This document shows, piece after piece, positions 51,796-60,403 of a DNA stretch of 64,000 nt (the first letter of the stretch is position 1; the number at the start of each line of letters is the position of its first letter). This stretch comes from Candidatus Methanomethylicia archaeon. Its GTDB lineage: Archaea; Thermoproteota; Methanomethylicia; Culexarchaeales; Culexarchaeaceae. Location of the stretch: the NCBI GenBank assembly GCA_038727515.1, contig JAVYVS010000002.1, positions 96,001-160,000 on the forward strand. The letters are read 5' to 3'. Below the pieces are notes generated by a model. It searched no databases. It saw only the letters and a list, made by a program, of their open reading frames with translations, and was not told the origin of the DNA. Position numbers and translations under genes: made by a program.

Positions 51796-53367
51796 CTATA
51801 CCTTTCCCATAGATTCCATTTCTTTAACTGCTTCTTCATATACCTCCTTTGGATTGTAATGGTATCTAAATATCCATTTACTAACTTCCATAAAATCATA
51901 TACACCCTTCATCACAAGCCATCTTAAAACTGTACTCCTCCTATAAATCTCTTCCCTCAACTCATCTACACTTCTACCACTCATTTCACTAATTTTTCCA
52001 ATTAACCAAGAGTTTTCCAATGTAAATTTATGTTGATCTAAAGATGGATCCCATATGGACACAGTCCTATACTTCCCATAATCTTCTACTTCTTGCATAA
52101 TCCTAACCCTCCTCTCAGTTCTACCAATCTCCCCAATTGCAACTCTATCAATATGTAGAAATATATTCATTAATTTAACGTAGGTTTCAGGTATATTCAT
52201 GGGTGGAGATGTAATCCTCTTTATGGCATAATCCAGAGATTCAGCGTGTATTGTTGATATTCCACCATGACCTGTAGCCATAGCTTGAAATAGTACGAAA
52301 GCTTCTTCACCTCTAATCTCACCAACAATTAAATAGTCAGGTCTATATCTCAAAGACAATTTAATAAGATCAAAAAGTTTAATTTCAGTTATAGTTATAC
52401 CAACAGCATATGTAGGTCTAACAGTCAATTGAATCCAATTCTCATGTGGAAGATTAAGTTCAGGGGTATCTTCAACAGTCACAATCTTGAGACCAGGTCT
52501 AATAAATAGGCTTAAAGCATTTAGAAGCGTAGTTTTACCAGCACCAGTCCCACCGGAAATCATAATAGTCCTACCATAATCAAGCATAAGCCAAATATAT
52601 CCAGCCATAAACTCATCAATCACGTTGTCAGCTATAAGCTCAGTGGGAGAAAAAGGTTTAGCCCTAAACTTCCTAATGGTAAAAGTCGACCCAGCAGTAC
52701 TAACCTCAGAACCAAATGTTGCTGCAACCCTATGTTTCTCTGGAAGCATAGTATCAAGAGTTGGATATGCAAGACTAATATGTTTACCAGCCCTATGAGC
52801 AAGCTTCAAAATAAACTCATTTAAAACCTTAACATCCCTAAAAACAATATTAGTAGGTATACTCTCATAACGCCTATGCCAAACATAAATAGGCCTATTA
52901 ACACCAACACAACTAATATCCTCAACATTAGGATCAAGCATCAAAACATGAATAGGACCATAACCAAGCAAATCCCTCTCAACATAATACAGAACCCTAT
53001 CCCTCATAGCACCACTAAGCCTCAAACTACCACGATACCTATCAGCAATACGCCTAATCTCACTAAAAACATAACCCCTCAAATCCTCAGCAACACTATA
53101 AACCTTCAACTCCTCAGTAACAAAATCAACAAGCTTATCATAAACATCCCTCTCCTCATAACTAAGCCTATACTCATCAACATAATACGCAACAGCACCA
53201 CCCATCCAAGGAATCCTAACAATATAAACCCTAGCGAAAGGCTCAAAAACAGGATAACTCTCCAAAACCTCAAACCTCTCATCCAATGGAAGAAACTCCA
53301 CAGCCTTCTCAACAACCACCCTCCTAACAACACGAACCTTAGGACTAACAAAAGGAAGCCTAACCAT
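51796..53367 (-). CDS. Type IV pilus assembly ATPase (AapE/VirB11-like)
   Basis: EDISC, FTIRKF, GGTGAGKTT, EDTPEL, LRYRPD..VGEIRG.EA, TGHGG.STIHA. Confidence 0.94.
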   Translation of the reverse strand: MVRLPFVSPKVRVVRRVVVEKAVEFLPLDERFEVLESYPVFEPFARVYIVRIPWMGGAVAYYVDEYRLSYEERDVYDKLVDFVTEELKVYSVAEDLRGYVFSEIRRIADRYRGSLRLSGAMRDRVLYYVERDLLGYGPIHVLMLDPNVEDISCVGVNRPIYVWHRRYESIPTNIVFRDVKVLNEFILKLAHRAGKHISLAYPTLDTMLPEKHRVAATFGSEVSTAGSTFTIRKFRAKPFSPTELIADNVIDEFMAGYIWLMLDYGRTIMISGGTGAGKTTLLNALSLFIRPGLKIVTVEDTPELNLPHENWIQLTVRPTYAVGITITEIKLFDLIKLSLRYRPDYLIVGEIRGEEAFVLFQAMATGHGGISTIHAESLDYAIKRITSPPMNIPETYVKLMNIFLHIDRVAIGEIGRTERRVRIMQEVEDYGKYRTVSIWDPSLDQHKFTLENSWLIGKISEMSGRSVDELREEIYRRSTVLRWLVMKGVYDFMEVSKWIFRYHYNPKEVYEEAVKEMESMGKV

Positions 53368-53503
53368 ACAAACCCAAAAAAACTAAACACAACCAAAATA
53401 TAAACATATCACCAAAAATACAAAAAGAATACAAAACATATATAAAAGAAAAACTTTAAATATTCCACACAATTCAATAGTATAAACAAAATGGTGAATA
53501 TAT

Positions 53504-53923
53504 ATGGAGAATAAAAAGAGTAAAGGTATATCACCAGTAATAGCAACAATAATAATGGTGGCAGTAGCAATAGTAATAAGCATTGCAGCAGCATTCTGGC
53601 TAACAGGACTAATGGGAGCATTCACAACATACGAAAACATAAGGATAATGGCTTACGCCAGCAGAAGTGGAAATAATTACTATATAAATGTAACTATACA
53701 AAATATTGGAAGCTTAAATGTAACTATAACACAATTTAATGTCGGAGGAATGAACGCAACAAATGTAATTCCAGATAAAACTAAATGGGTTATAGAACCT
53801 GGTGCGTTTAAAATCTTTCAAATTAGTGGCTTTACAACGGATAATTTCCGTCCCGGTAGTACCGTTAGAATAATTGTAGTGACTACAAGAGCATCTTATG
53901 AAGGTCAAGTAACCCTTCCATAA
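53504..53923 (+). CDS. Archaeal type IV major pilin
   Basis: Class III signal KSKG|ISPVIATIIMVAVAI; W at the end of the helix; N-x-T sequons. Confidence 0.92.
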   Translation: MENKKSKGISPVIATIIMVAVAIVISIAAAFWLTGLMGAFTTYENIRIMAYASRSGNNYYINVTIQNIGSLNVTITQFNVGGMNATNVIPDKTKWVIEPGAFKIFQISGFTTDNFRPGSTVRIIVVTTRASYEGQVTLP

Positions 53924-54469
53924 ATCTCTTCATATTTTTACGATATTGAATTTACATAAGTGAAGAGTTACACTTTAAATTAACACAGTCAAATTTTTGT
54001 CAACAAGAAAGTTAAAAATCAAGTTATTAATTGAAATTTTCCAGTTAGAAGATAAAACTTTAGATGCCTCACCGAATGTGAGTCCTGAACTATGTAGTCT
54101 TTGATGTATATATGTAATCATAGTAGCAATTTCAAAATAAGATAAGTTTAAATATTTATTTAAGTTTGTAGGGGGTTGGAACTTTTGATGAAAGTTCATA
54201 TAATTTGAATTTTGTTCCTTCAGTTTGGCTTGTGGAATGAATTTAATATATAGTTGTTCCAAATATTTCAAGTGGATTTAAACATATTTTTATCTTTCAT
54301 TGGACTATTGTATAGGAATATGTAGATATAGTAGTTTAGTTGAAGAGATTTTTCGTTACGAGAAAGAAGGATAAAATTATGATATTGTGCTTTATATGTG
54401 TAGTATTGATTGTTTTTATGACATTTATTGTTCCATTGATCATCATTGGTACATCTTTAAATGATTACA

Positions 54470-54558
54470 TAATGATTTTATATTGTGAAACTATATGTAT
54501 TGTAAACATTATTCTACCTATAAATAGCATATGATTTCTTTACAATATAAAATCATTA
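54470..54558. repeat. Perfect 17-bp inverted repeat, 55-bp spacer
   Basis: TAATGATTTTATATTGT (54470-54486) / ACAATATAAAATCATTA (54542-54558). Confidence 0.85.
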
Positions 54559-54739
54559 ATAATTATAGTAATATGAAGGAAACATCAATAAATTAAGATG
54601 ATTATCCCAACATTTATGTCAATTAAATATTTAATAAGGAGCAACATGACCTAATGACCTATATTTATTTACTACTTCTTTTTCTTTAATATTTCTAGAG
54701 CTCTAATGATGATTTCTTATAAATAAATAAAGGGGTTAT

Positions 54740-55816
54740 TTAAATTTTTATTTTTGTTAATATATCGTTTATAAGAGTTTTCCTGTCTATTTGCCATCTT
54801 CCCTCTTTAAATGGTTCACCATAGAAGTAGTATCTCATGCTTGTTTTGTAATCTGCCCACATGAACTCCATTTCTTCCACTTTCCCCTGTATTATTCTGC
54901 CGAATTCCGATATGAAGGTGGGTGGTAGGAATATTTGTAGTATAAAGCCTTCTTTTAATGGTACAAATGTTGATTGAAATGGGAGTTCTTTTATTGCTGT
55001 AGCTATTTTTGCTGTTGTTGTTATTGGACATTTACATTTGAATATGAATTGATCAAATATCCTTGATGCATGTGTATAAACTACTACTCTAAAACCTTCT
55101 ATAACTCCATTATCAATGTAGAATGATATTCTCCTACTTAAATGGTATTCAGGTATCCCCGTCTTCTTACTAATGTCCTTTAATCTTTCCCTAGCATTTA
55201 TTGTAAGCTCCCTTAAAATAATCATATCCTTTTCATTCATCTGATGTAGTATTGATGGTGGGTAGGGATTTAATTCAGCTTTCTCTATACTTTCAATCTT
55301 CCTCTCCCAAACATTCCAATCTAAATTCCATGAATCTTCTCTAACATTATAACTTGAGAAATCGTTTTCATTATAAATCCATTTTGCTATAGTTGTATAA
55401 TAATTGTATCCTCTTATATAACCTAATTTTTCAAGTTCATCTAAAAGATTTATTAATAGTGGTTGTGAACCTCTAGGCATATTAAATACCATTAATAAAC
55501 CATTTACTGAGCCTAGAACCCTAATTCTATAACGTGTATATGGATGTAGATCACATACTTTTTCAATTATGGGTATATCCTTAAACTTAACATTTGAAAA
55601 AACAACTATTGAATCCATATCTAATGAGGGAGCACATATTTGTGCTGCAACATAATACAATACTTTACTTTCAATTAAATCTTTAAGCCTCTTAGATACA
55701 GTTTTAACATTTAAACCAGTGAGTTTACTTATTTCCACTACCTTTGAGAGAGGGTTTTTCCCCAACGCTGTAAGTATTTTGTAGTCTTCCTCATCTAAGA
55801 TACGCAACTTCATCAC
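54740..55816 (-). CDS. Tandem (double) Lrp/AsnC-like wHTH regulator
   Basis: Two HTH-plus-alpha/beta modules: LDEEDYKIL..EISKLTGL...VSKRL and MNEKDMIIL..DISKKTGI...LSRRI. Confidence 0.82.
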   Translation of the reverse strand: MMKLRILDEEDYKILTALGKNPLSKVVEISKLTGLNVKTVSKRLKDLIESKVLYYVAAQICAPSLDMDSIVVFSNVKFKDIPIIEKVCDLHPYTRYRIRVLGSVNGLLMVFNMPRGSQPLLINLLDELEKLGYIRGYNYYTTIAKWIYNENDFSSYNVREDSWNLDWNVWERKIESIEKAELNPYPPSILHQMNEKDMIILRELTINARERLKDISKKTGIPEYHLSRRISFYIDNGVIEGFRVVVYTHASRIFDQFIFKCKCPITTTAKIATAIKELPFQSTFVPLKEGFILQIFLPPTFISEFGRIIQGKVEEMEFMWADYKTSMRYYFYGEPFKEGRWQIDRKTLINDILTKIKI

Positions 55817-55817
55817 C

Positions 55818-55859
55818 TCCAGCAGATATCGCTCTATTAGCTTTATGGCAATTGCTGAA
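55818..55859 (-). promoter_or_regulatory. Intercistronic RNA hairpin overlapping the regulator's Shine-Dalgarno
   Basis: Minus strand TTCAGCA/TGCTGGA and ATTGC/GCGAT stems; 3' arm includes GGA of GGAGGTG. Confidence 0.5.
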
Positions 55860-55873
55860 ATTCAATTTACCAC

Positions 55874-56119
55874 TTATTCTAGTGGTCCAGGGGCTCCACC
55901 TGGTGGATCAAAGGTTACGGTTTTTATTAATACTCCATCTTTAAATATTCCTATTGTTACCCAAGTTTTCCCATCTATTACTTCCACTGATATTACTTTT
56001 ACTTCCACCTTCTTTTCATCACAATCCTTTTTTGCTAGTGTTGGTGTTGCGTATAATACTGTTGCTAGGAGGGTTATTATTACTAAACTTAGTAGTAATA
56101 TTGTTTTTGTTTTTTGCAT
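55874..56119 (-). CDS. Small secreted protein/propeptide with Pro/Gly-rich C-terminus
   Basis: Sec signal (MQKTK + hydrophobic + TLA|), C-terminus DPPGGAPGPLE; GGTGA SD. Confidence 0.72.
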   Translation of the reverse strand: MQKTKTILLLSLVIITLLATVLYATPTLAKKDCDEKKVEVKVISVEVIDGKTWVTIGIFKDGVLIKTVTFDPPGGAPGPLE

Positions 56120-56315
56120 ATATTCACCACATTAAATTTTTGTTTTCTTTATATTTAAATTTTTCCTTTTTATTGTTTTTTCATGCAATTTTTATCCATA
56201 TTTATAATTTTATCATAACCATTTTTTGCATTTTAAATTTCTCTCGAATTTTTAATAAATTAGTTAGCAATTTTGTGGTAAGATTTATATATGTATTTAC
56301 CATATATTTGCAATC

Positions 56316-56813
56316 GTGGGAAATAATTTTTCCATTCCATATTCAATATTTACTCTTTTTTTGGTTTCTTTATCTACTGTTCTCCCCATAATGGCTTGGG
56401 TTGATTCTCTTGTTCATGGTATTTATGGTGGAGGTGAATTACGCATAGACCTTTTAAATTATAATTATGATTCTAACATTGGATTTTATGTTTTTGATTT
56501 TAAGGTTTTTAATGGTTATGTGGAGTTTATAAATTTAATTGATGTTTCAATTAATGGTTTATCTTTTAAGGGGTTTGGTGAAAATGCGTATTTCTCTCAG
56601 CTTTCCCAATTAGAGTATGATTTTGGCATGATTTCTAGTAGGAATTATGCCAATAAGTTTTATATTACTATACTTGGGAAATCCACAATTTACTTAAAAC
56701 TTTATCTTCCAAAAACCATTTTTAACAATAATTGTATGAATTTCACTTTTAGGTTTATTAAGGGTTATGATAGTAGTAAGGTATTGTCTGTTGAAGTTGC
56801 TATGGTTAGATAG
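56316..56813 (+). CDS. Diverged pilin-like protein
   Basis: Hydrophobic N-terminus ending AW, ELRI, KVFN, IDVSING mirror the major pilin layout; no clear K/R-G cleavage site. Confidence 0.5.
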   Translation: MGNNFSIPYSIFTLFLVSLSTVLPIMAWVDSLVHGIYGGGELRIDLLNYNYDSNIGFYVFDFKVFNGYVEFINLIDVSINGLSFKGFGENAYFSQLSQLEYDFGMISSRNYANKFYITILGKSTIYLKLYLPKTIFNNNCMNFTFRFIKGYDSSKVLSVEVAMVR

Positions 56814-56861
56814 CTATTTGTGATTTGGTAAGGTATTTATATTTAACATTACCTATTTACT

Positions 56862-58073
56862 TTGATATTTATGTTGAAGTTTTATTTGGAGTGTAGTGGT
56901 TGTGGAGAAGTTTATGATGTTGATAAACCTATTAATGTATGTTTAAAGTGTGGTGGTGCACTACTATACAAATATGATTTTTCTAATTTAAAGTTTGATA
57001 AAAGTGTTTTTAGTTTTAGATTTGATAGTTTTTGGAAGTATATAGACTTTCTACCTTTAAGGGGTGTTCAAGACGTAATTTCTTTAGGTGAAATTTTCAC
57101 TCCAATTATACGTTTAGATGGAGATTTATCTTATGGTTGTAGAAATCTTTTTGTTAAAGATGATGGTCATTTGCCCACTGGAACTTTTAAGGCTAGGGGT
57201 ATGGCTTTAGCAGTATCCATCCTTAAGGGTTTGGGTGTTTCTAGAGTTGCAATTCCAAGTGCTGGTAATGCTGCTGCAGCTTTATCTGCTTATGGTGCTA
57301 GAGCTGGATTGGAGGTTTATGCCTTTATGCCTAAAGATGCTCCAATAAGTACTTTGAAGGAATGTGTTTATATGGGTGCTAAGGTCTATTTGGTTGATGG
57401 TTTAATTAATGATTGTGCCAGTATTGTTTCTAGGCTTAGGGATTTTTATGGATGGTTTGATGTTTCCACTAATAAGCAGCCATATAGGTTTGAAGGTTAT
57501 AAGCTTATGGCATATGAGATTTCAGAGCAATTTGATTGGGATCCTCCTGATTACATAATATTTCCTACTGGTGGTGGTGAGGGTGTTATTGGTCTTTGGA
57601 AGGGGTTTAATGAGCTTATGGAGATTGGCTGGGTTGATAATATGCCGAAGCTTATAATTGTTCAATCCACTGGTTGTATGCCTTTGGTTAAGGCTTTCAA
57701 TGAAAATATGAAGGAAGTTTCTGATGTTTGGGTTAATGCTCAAACTATTGCTGCTGGTTTAAGGGTTCCAAAGCCTTATGCAAGTTATTTGATTCTTAAG
57801 GCTGTTAGGGATAGTGGTGGTTATGCTATTGCTGTGGGTGATGATGAGATTATGGATGCCATGAAGATTCTATCTAGAAATGGGTTTTTCACATGTCCAG
57901 AGGCTGCTTCAACTTATGCTGCTCTTAAACATCTACTTGATGATGGTATTGTGGATTCATCTGATAAAATCCTATTATACTTTACTGGTTCTGGTTTAAA
58001 ATATCTTGATGTTTACGCATTGAATGTGGATAATCTTCCAATATTACCTAAGGATGCTACTTCTCTTCCATAA
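56862..58073 (+). CDS. thrC: Threonine synthase (PLP)
   Basis: N-terminal Zn ribbon, PTGTFKARG, SAGNA, PTGGG, TGSGLK. Confidence 0.88.
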   Translation: MIFMLKFYLECSGCGEVYDVDKPINVCLKCGGALLYKYDFSNLKFDKSVFSFRFDSFWKYIDFLPLRGVQDVISLGEIFTPIIRLDGDLSYGCRNLFVKDDGHLPTGTFKARGMALAVSILKGLGVSRVAIPSAGNAAAALSAYGARAGLEVYAFMPKDAPISTLKECVYMGAKVYLVDGLINDCASIVSRLRDFYGWFDVSTNKQPYRFEGYKLMAYEISEQFDWDPPDYIIFPTGGGEGVIGLWKGFNELMEIGWVDNMPKLIIVQSTGCMPLVKAFNENMKEVSDVWVNAQTIAAGLRVPKPYASYLILKAVRDSGGYAIAVGDDEIMDAMKILSRNGFFTCPEAASTYAALKHLLDDGIVDSSDKILLYFTGSGLKYLDVYALNVDNLPILPKDATSLP

Positions 58074-58842
58074 ATATTTCTCCATTAATATTTATTGCTG
58101 TTATTTCTATTAGGTCTCTTAATCCAGATGTGGATATCTTCTTCATTAATACATTTTGTATTTGGAATATTCCAGCTGGATTCTCCATAACCACTTTTAC
58201 CCTTAATGGTTTTATATTTCCCTCTTCTATTTCAACTCTTTTTATTGCTAATGCTGATAATGAGTGTATATCCTTTTTACCTAGATCGTATGGTATTCTA
58301 GCTCTCCCCTCAGCCATGTCTAGTCCATCTGCAACTTTTACTATTCCTGCTTCTAAGCTTAAGCATTGTATTTCATCGTCACTTGAATATATGCAGTGTA
58401 GAACTTCACATTTAATCTTTACTCTATCTTCTAATATATCATATATGTTTCTCAGTATTTTGTTTAATGGTTTTTCAATTATGTAGCATCCATTTTGTGG
58501 ATGTTGAATTCTATGTATACAATTTCCAATATCGTGGAGGTATGCTCCAAGTAATATTGTTAATTGTGCATCTTCCATATTCATTCCATGATCTAAAATT
58601 ACATTTGGAGTTCTATGTTTACTTATTATCTTCAATATTTCTAATGCTGCTCCTGAAGTTATTCTTGAGTGTACTGGTCCATGATCATTATACTTCAATC
58701 TTTTCACAGCCATTATATTTGACATTTTGAGTAGGGTTTGTATTTCAATGCTTCTTTCAAGCATATTCCATGCTTTTAAAATCTTTCCATTGTTTAAATA
58801 TCTTTTAATTAATGTTTGTGATACTTCCACCATACTATTCAC
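58057..58842 (-). CDS. HD-domain phosphohydrolase
   Basis: YNDHGPVH, LHDIGN.IHR, VADGLDM..GRAR. Confidence 0.88.
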   Translation of the reverse strand: MNSMVEVSQTLIKRYLNNGKILKAWNMLERSIEIQTLLKMSNIMAVKRLKYNDHGPVHSRITSGAALEILKIISKHRTPNVILDHGMNMEDAQLTILLGAYLHDIGNCIHRIQHPQNGCYIIEKPLNKILRNIYDILEDRVKIKCEVLHCIYSSDDEIQCLSLEAGIVKVADGLDMAEGRARIPYDLGKKDIHSLSALAIKRVEIEEGNIKPLRVKVVMENPAGIFQIQNVLMKKISTSGLRDLIEITAININGEIFMEEK

Positions 58843-58888
58843 GAAATCATTATATTCATTTAAGCATTTATCTTAATCGGGTGTCTAT

Positions 58889-59362
58889 TTGAAGGTTTTA
58901 TGGGCTCCTTGGAGGGTTGAATATATTTCTGCTCCCAAGGATGTTGAATGCTTTTTCTGTGTTTATCCAAAGCTTAATCGTGATGATGAATTATTCATTC
59001 TAAAGCGTGGCTTACATTCATATATTGTTTTGAATGCATATCCATATAATAATGGTCATTTAATGATTGCTCCATATAGGCATGTTATATATCCCAATGA
59101 GCTTTCACGTGAAGAGGTTTTGGAGATTATGGATTTCATATCTCTATCCATTGATGTTTTGAAGAGGGCTTTTTCACCTGATGGTTTTAATATTGGTGTT
59201 AATATTGGTAGAGCTGCTGGTGCAGGTGTTGGACATTTACATTTCCATGTTGTTCCAAGATGGTTTGGTGATACTAATTTTATGCCTATACTGGCTGATG
59301 CAAAAGTTATTCCACAACATTTAAAAAGTACATTTGAAGTTTTAAAGAAATTTATTGATTGA
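58889..59362 (+). CDS. HIT family nucleotide hydrolase
   Basis: WAPWR, CFFC, YPYNNGH, HLHFHVVPRW. Confidence 0.92.
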   Translation: MKVLWAPWRVEYISAPKDVECFFCVYPKLNRDDELFILKRGLHSYIVLNAYPYNNGHLMIAPYRHVIYPNELSREEVLEIMDFISLSIDVLKRAFSPDGFNIGVNIGRAAGAGVGHLHFHVVPRWFGDTNFMPILADAKVIPQHLKSTFEVLKKFID

Positions 59363-59851
59363 TTACCTTTTATATCCAATGCTCCTTAGAAATCTCTTCC
59401 TCTCCTCTATCCCCTTTTCATCTTCAACTCCTAGACTTTTCCCTCCATCTACAATTCCAAGTATAGCTCTACCTTGATCTGTTTCTCCAATTATAACTTG
59501 TACTGGATTTGCAGTTGCACAATATATGTTTACTACTTCCGGTACTGCTTTAACTCTATCTAATACATTTATTGGGTATGCATTCCTCATAACTATTATG
59601 AAGCAGTGTCCAGCTGATAATTTAAGTGCATTTTCAATAGCAATTTTCCTAAGTTCTTCATCATTTCCATCATGTCTTATTAAACGTGGTCCTGAAGATT
59701 CACAGAATGCAATTCCAAATTTAACATTTGGCGTTGAATTCATCATAGCTTCATATAAATCTTCAACTGTTTTTATGAAGTGGCTTTGACCAAGTATTAT
59801 ATTGCATCCCTCTGGAACATTTAAATTTACAATTTCCAATTTAATACTCAT
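59363..59851 (-). CDS. Adenosine-specific kinase family (DUF355)
   Basis: [30 protein letters not shown]. Confidence 0.88.
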   Translation of the reverse strand: MSIKLEIVNLNVPEGCNIILGQSHFIKTVEDLYEAMMNSTPNVKFGIAFCESSGPRLIRHDGNDEELRKIAIENALKLSAGHCFIIVMRNAYPINVLDRVKAVPEVVNIYCATANPVQVIIGETDQGRAILGIVDGGKSLGVEDEKGIEERKRFLRSIGYKR

Positions 59852-59891
59852 ATCCCCTAAAACCTCAATAAATAATTTATTTAAAGTTGTT

Positions 59892-60296
59892 TTATAGGTA
59901 TTTCTCCACTATACTTATCAATTCTTCTTCAGTTACTACTCCCACTATTTCCTCCACCTTCCTTCCATTTAAGAATATTAGTGTTGTTGGAACTGCATAT
60001 ATCCTATACTCCTCTGCTAATTCTGGATTTCTATCTACATTAACCCTTCCAAACAACGCTTTACCCACAAGTTTTTCAGCTGCAGATTTAAATATTCTAC
60101 TATATATTTGGCATGGTCCACACCATTGAGCCCAGAAATCCACTACAACAAGTCTATTCTTTGATAATGCTTCTCTAAATTCATCTCTATCCAATTCCAC
60201 TTCAACACTAGCCTCCTTATTCTTCCTAGTTAATTCTTTAATTTTCTTCTCCACAATCTTTTTAAGTTCTTCATCTTCACCCATTTCAATCCCCAT
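59892..60296 (-). CDS. trxA: Thioredoxin
   Basis: [14 protein letters not shown]. Confidence 0.92.
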   Translation of the reverse strand: MGIEMGEDEELKKIVEKKIKELTRKNKEASVEVELDRDEFREALSKNRLVVVDFWAQWCGPCQIYSRIFKSAAEKLVGKALFGRVNVDRNPELAEEYRIYAVPTTLIFLNGRKVEEIVGVVTEEELISIVEKYL

Positions 60297-60403
60297 AATT
60301 AACTGTAAACATATTATTCTAGTCTCATTTATTCTTTATTGTTGAATTTCTATTTATGGAAAGATTTAAACACATGTTTATTAATAGTTTATCGGTGTAT
60401 TTC

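Noticed and set aside
52876-53640. ORFs 52876..53403(+), 53106..53396(-), 53383..53640(-), 53409..53621(-)
   Set aside because: Low-complexity N/T/P/I or L/F/V products caused by the extreme strand skew; they overlap the real ATPase and pilin genes.
52800-53923. Diversity-generating retroelement acting on the pilin
   Set aside because: No reverse transcriptase and no template/variable repeat pair in the window; the bias also involves C>T and non-coding DNA.
54030-54300. Canonical ORB-type origin call
   Set aside because: Only loose partial matches to TTCCAGTGGAAAC..GGGG and no cdc6/orc1 in the window; kept as a hypothesis, not a feature.
53975-54534. ORFs 53975..54271(-) and 54340..54534(+) as genes
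   Set aside because: No recognisable motifs; more likely fragments of decayed DNA.
54740-55816. Siroheme decarboxylase (AhbAB/NirDL) or WhiP initiator identity for the double-wHTH protein
   Set aside because: No clear H-x-Y-x-R motif in both halves, no heme genes nearby, and no recognisable WhiP similarity by eye.
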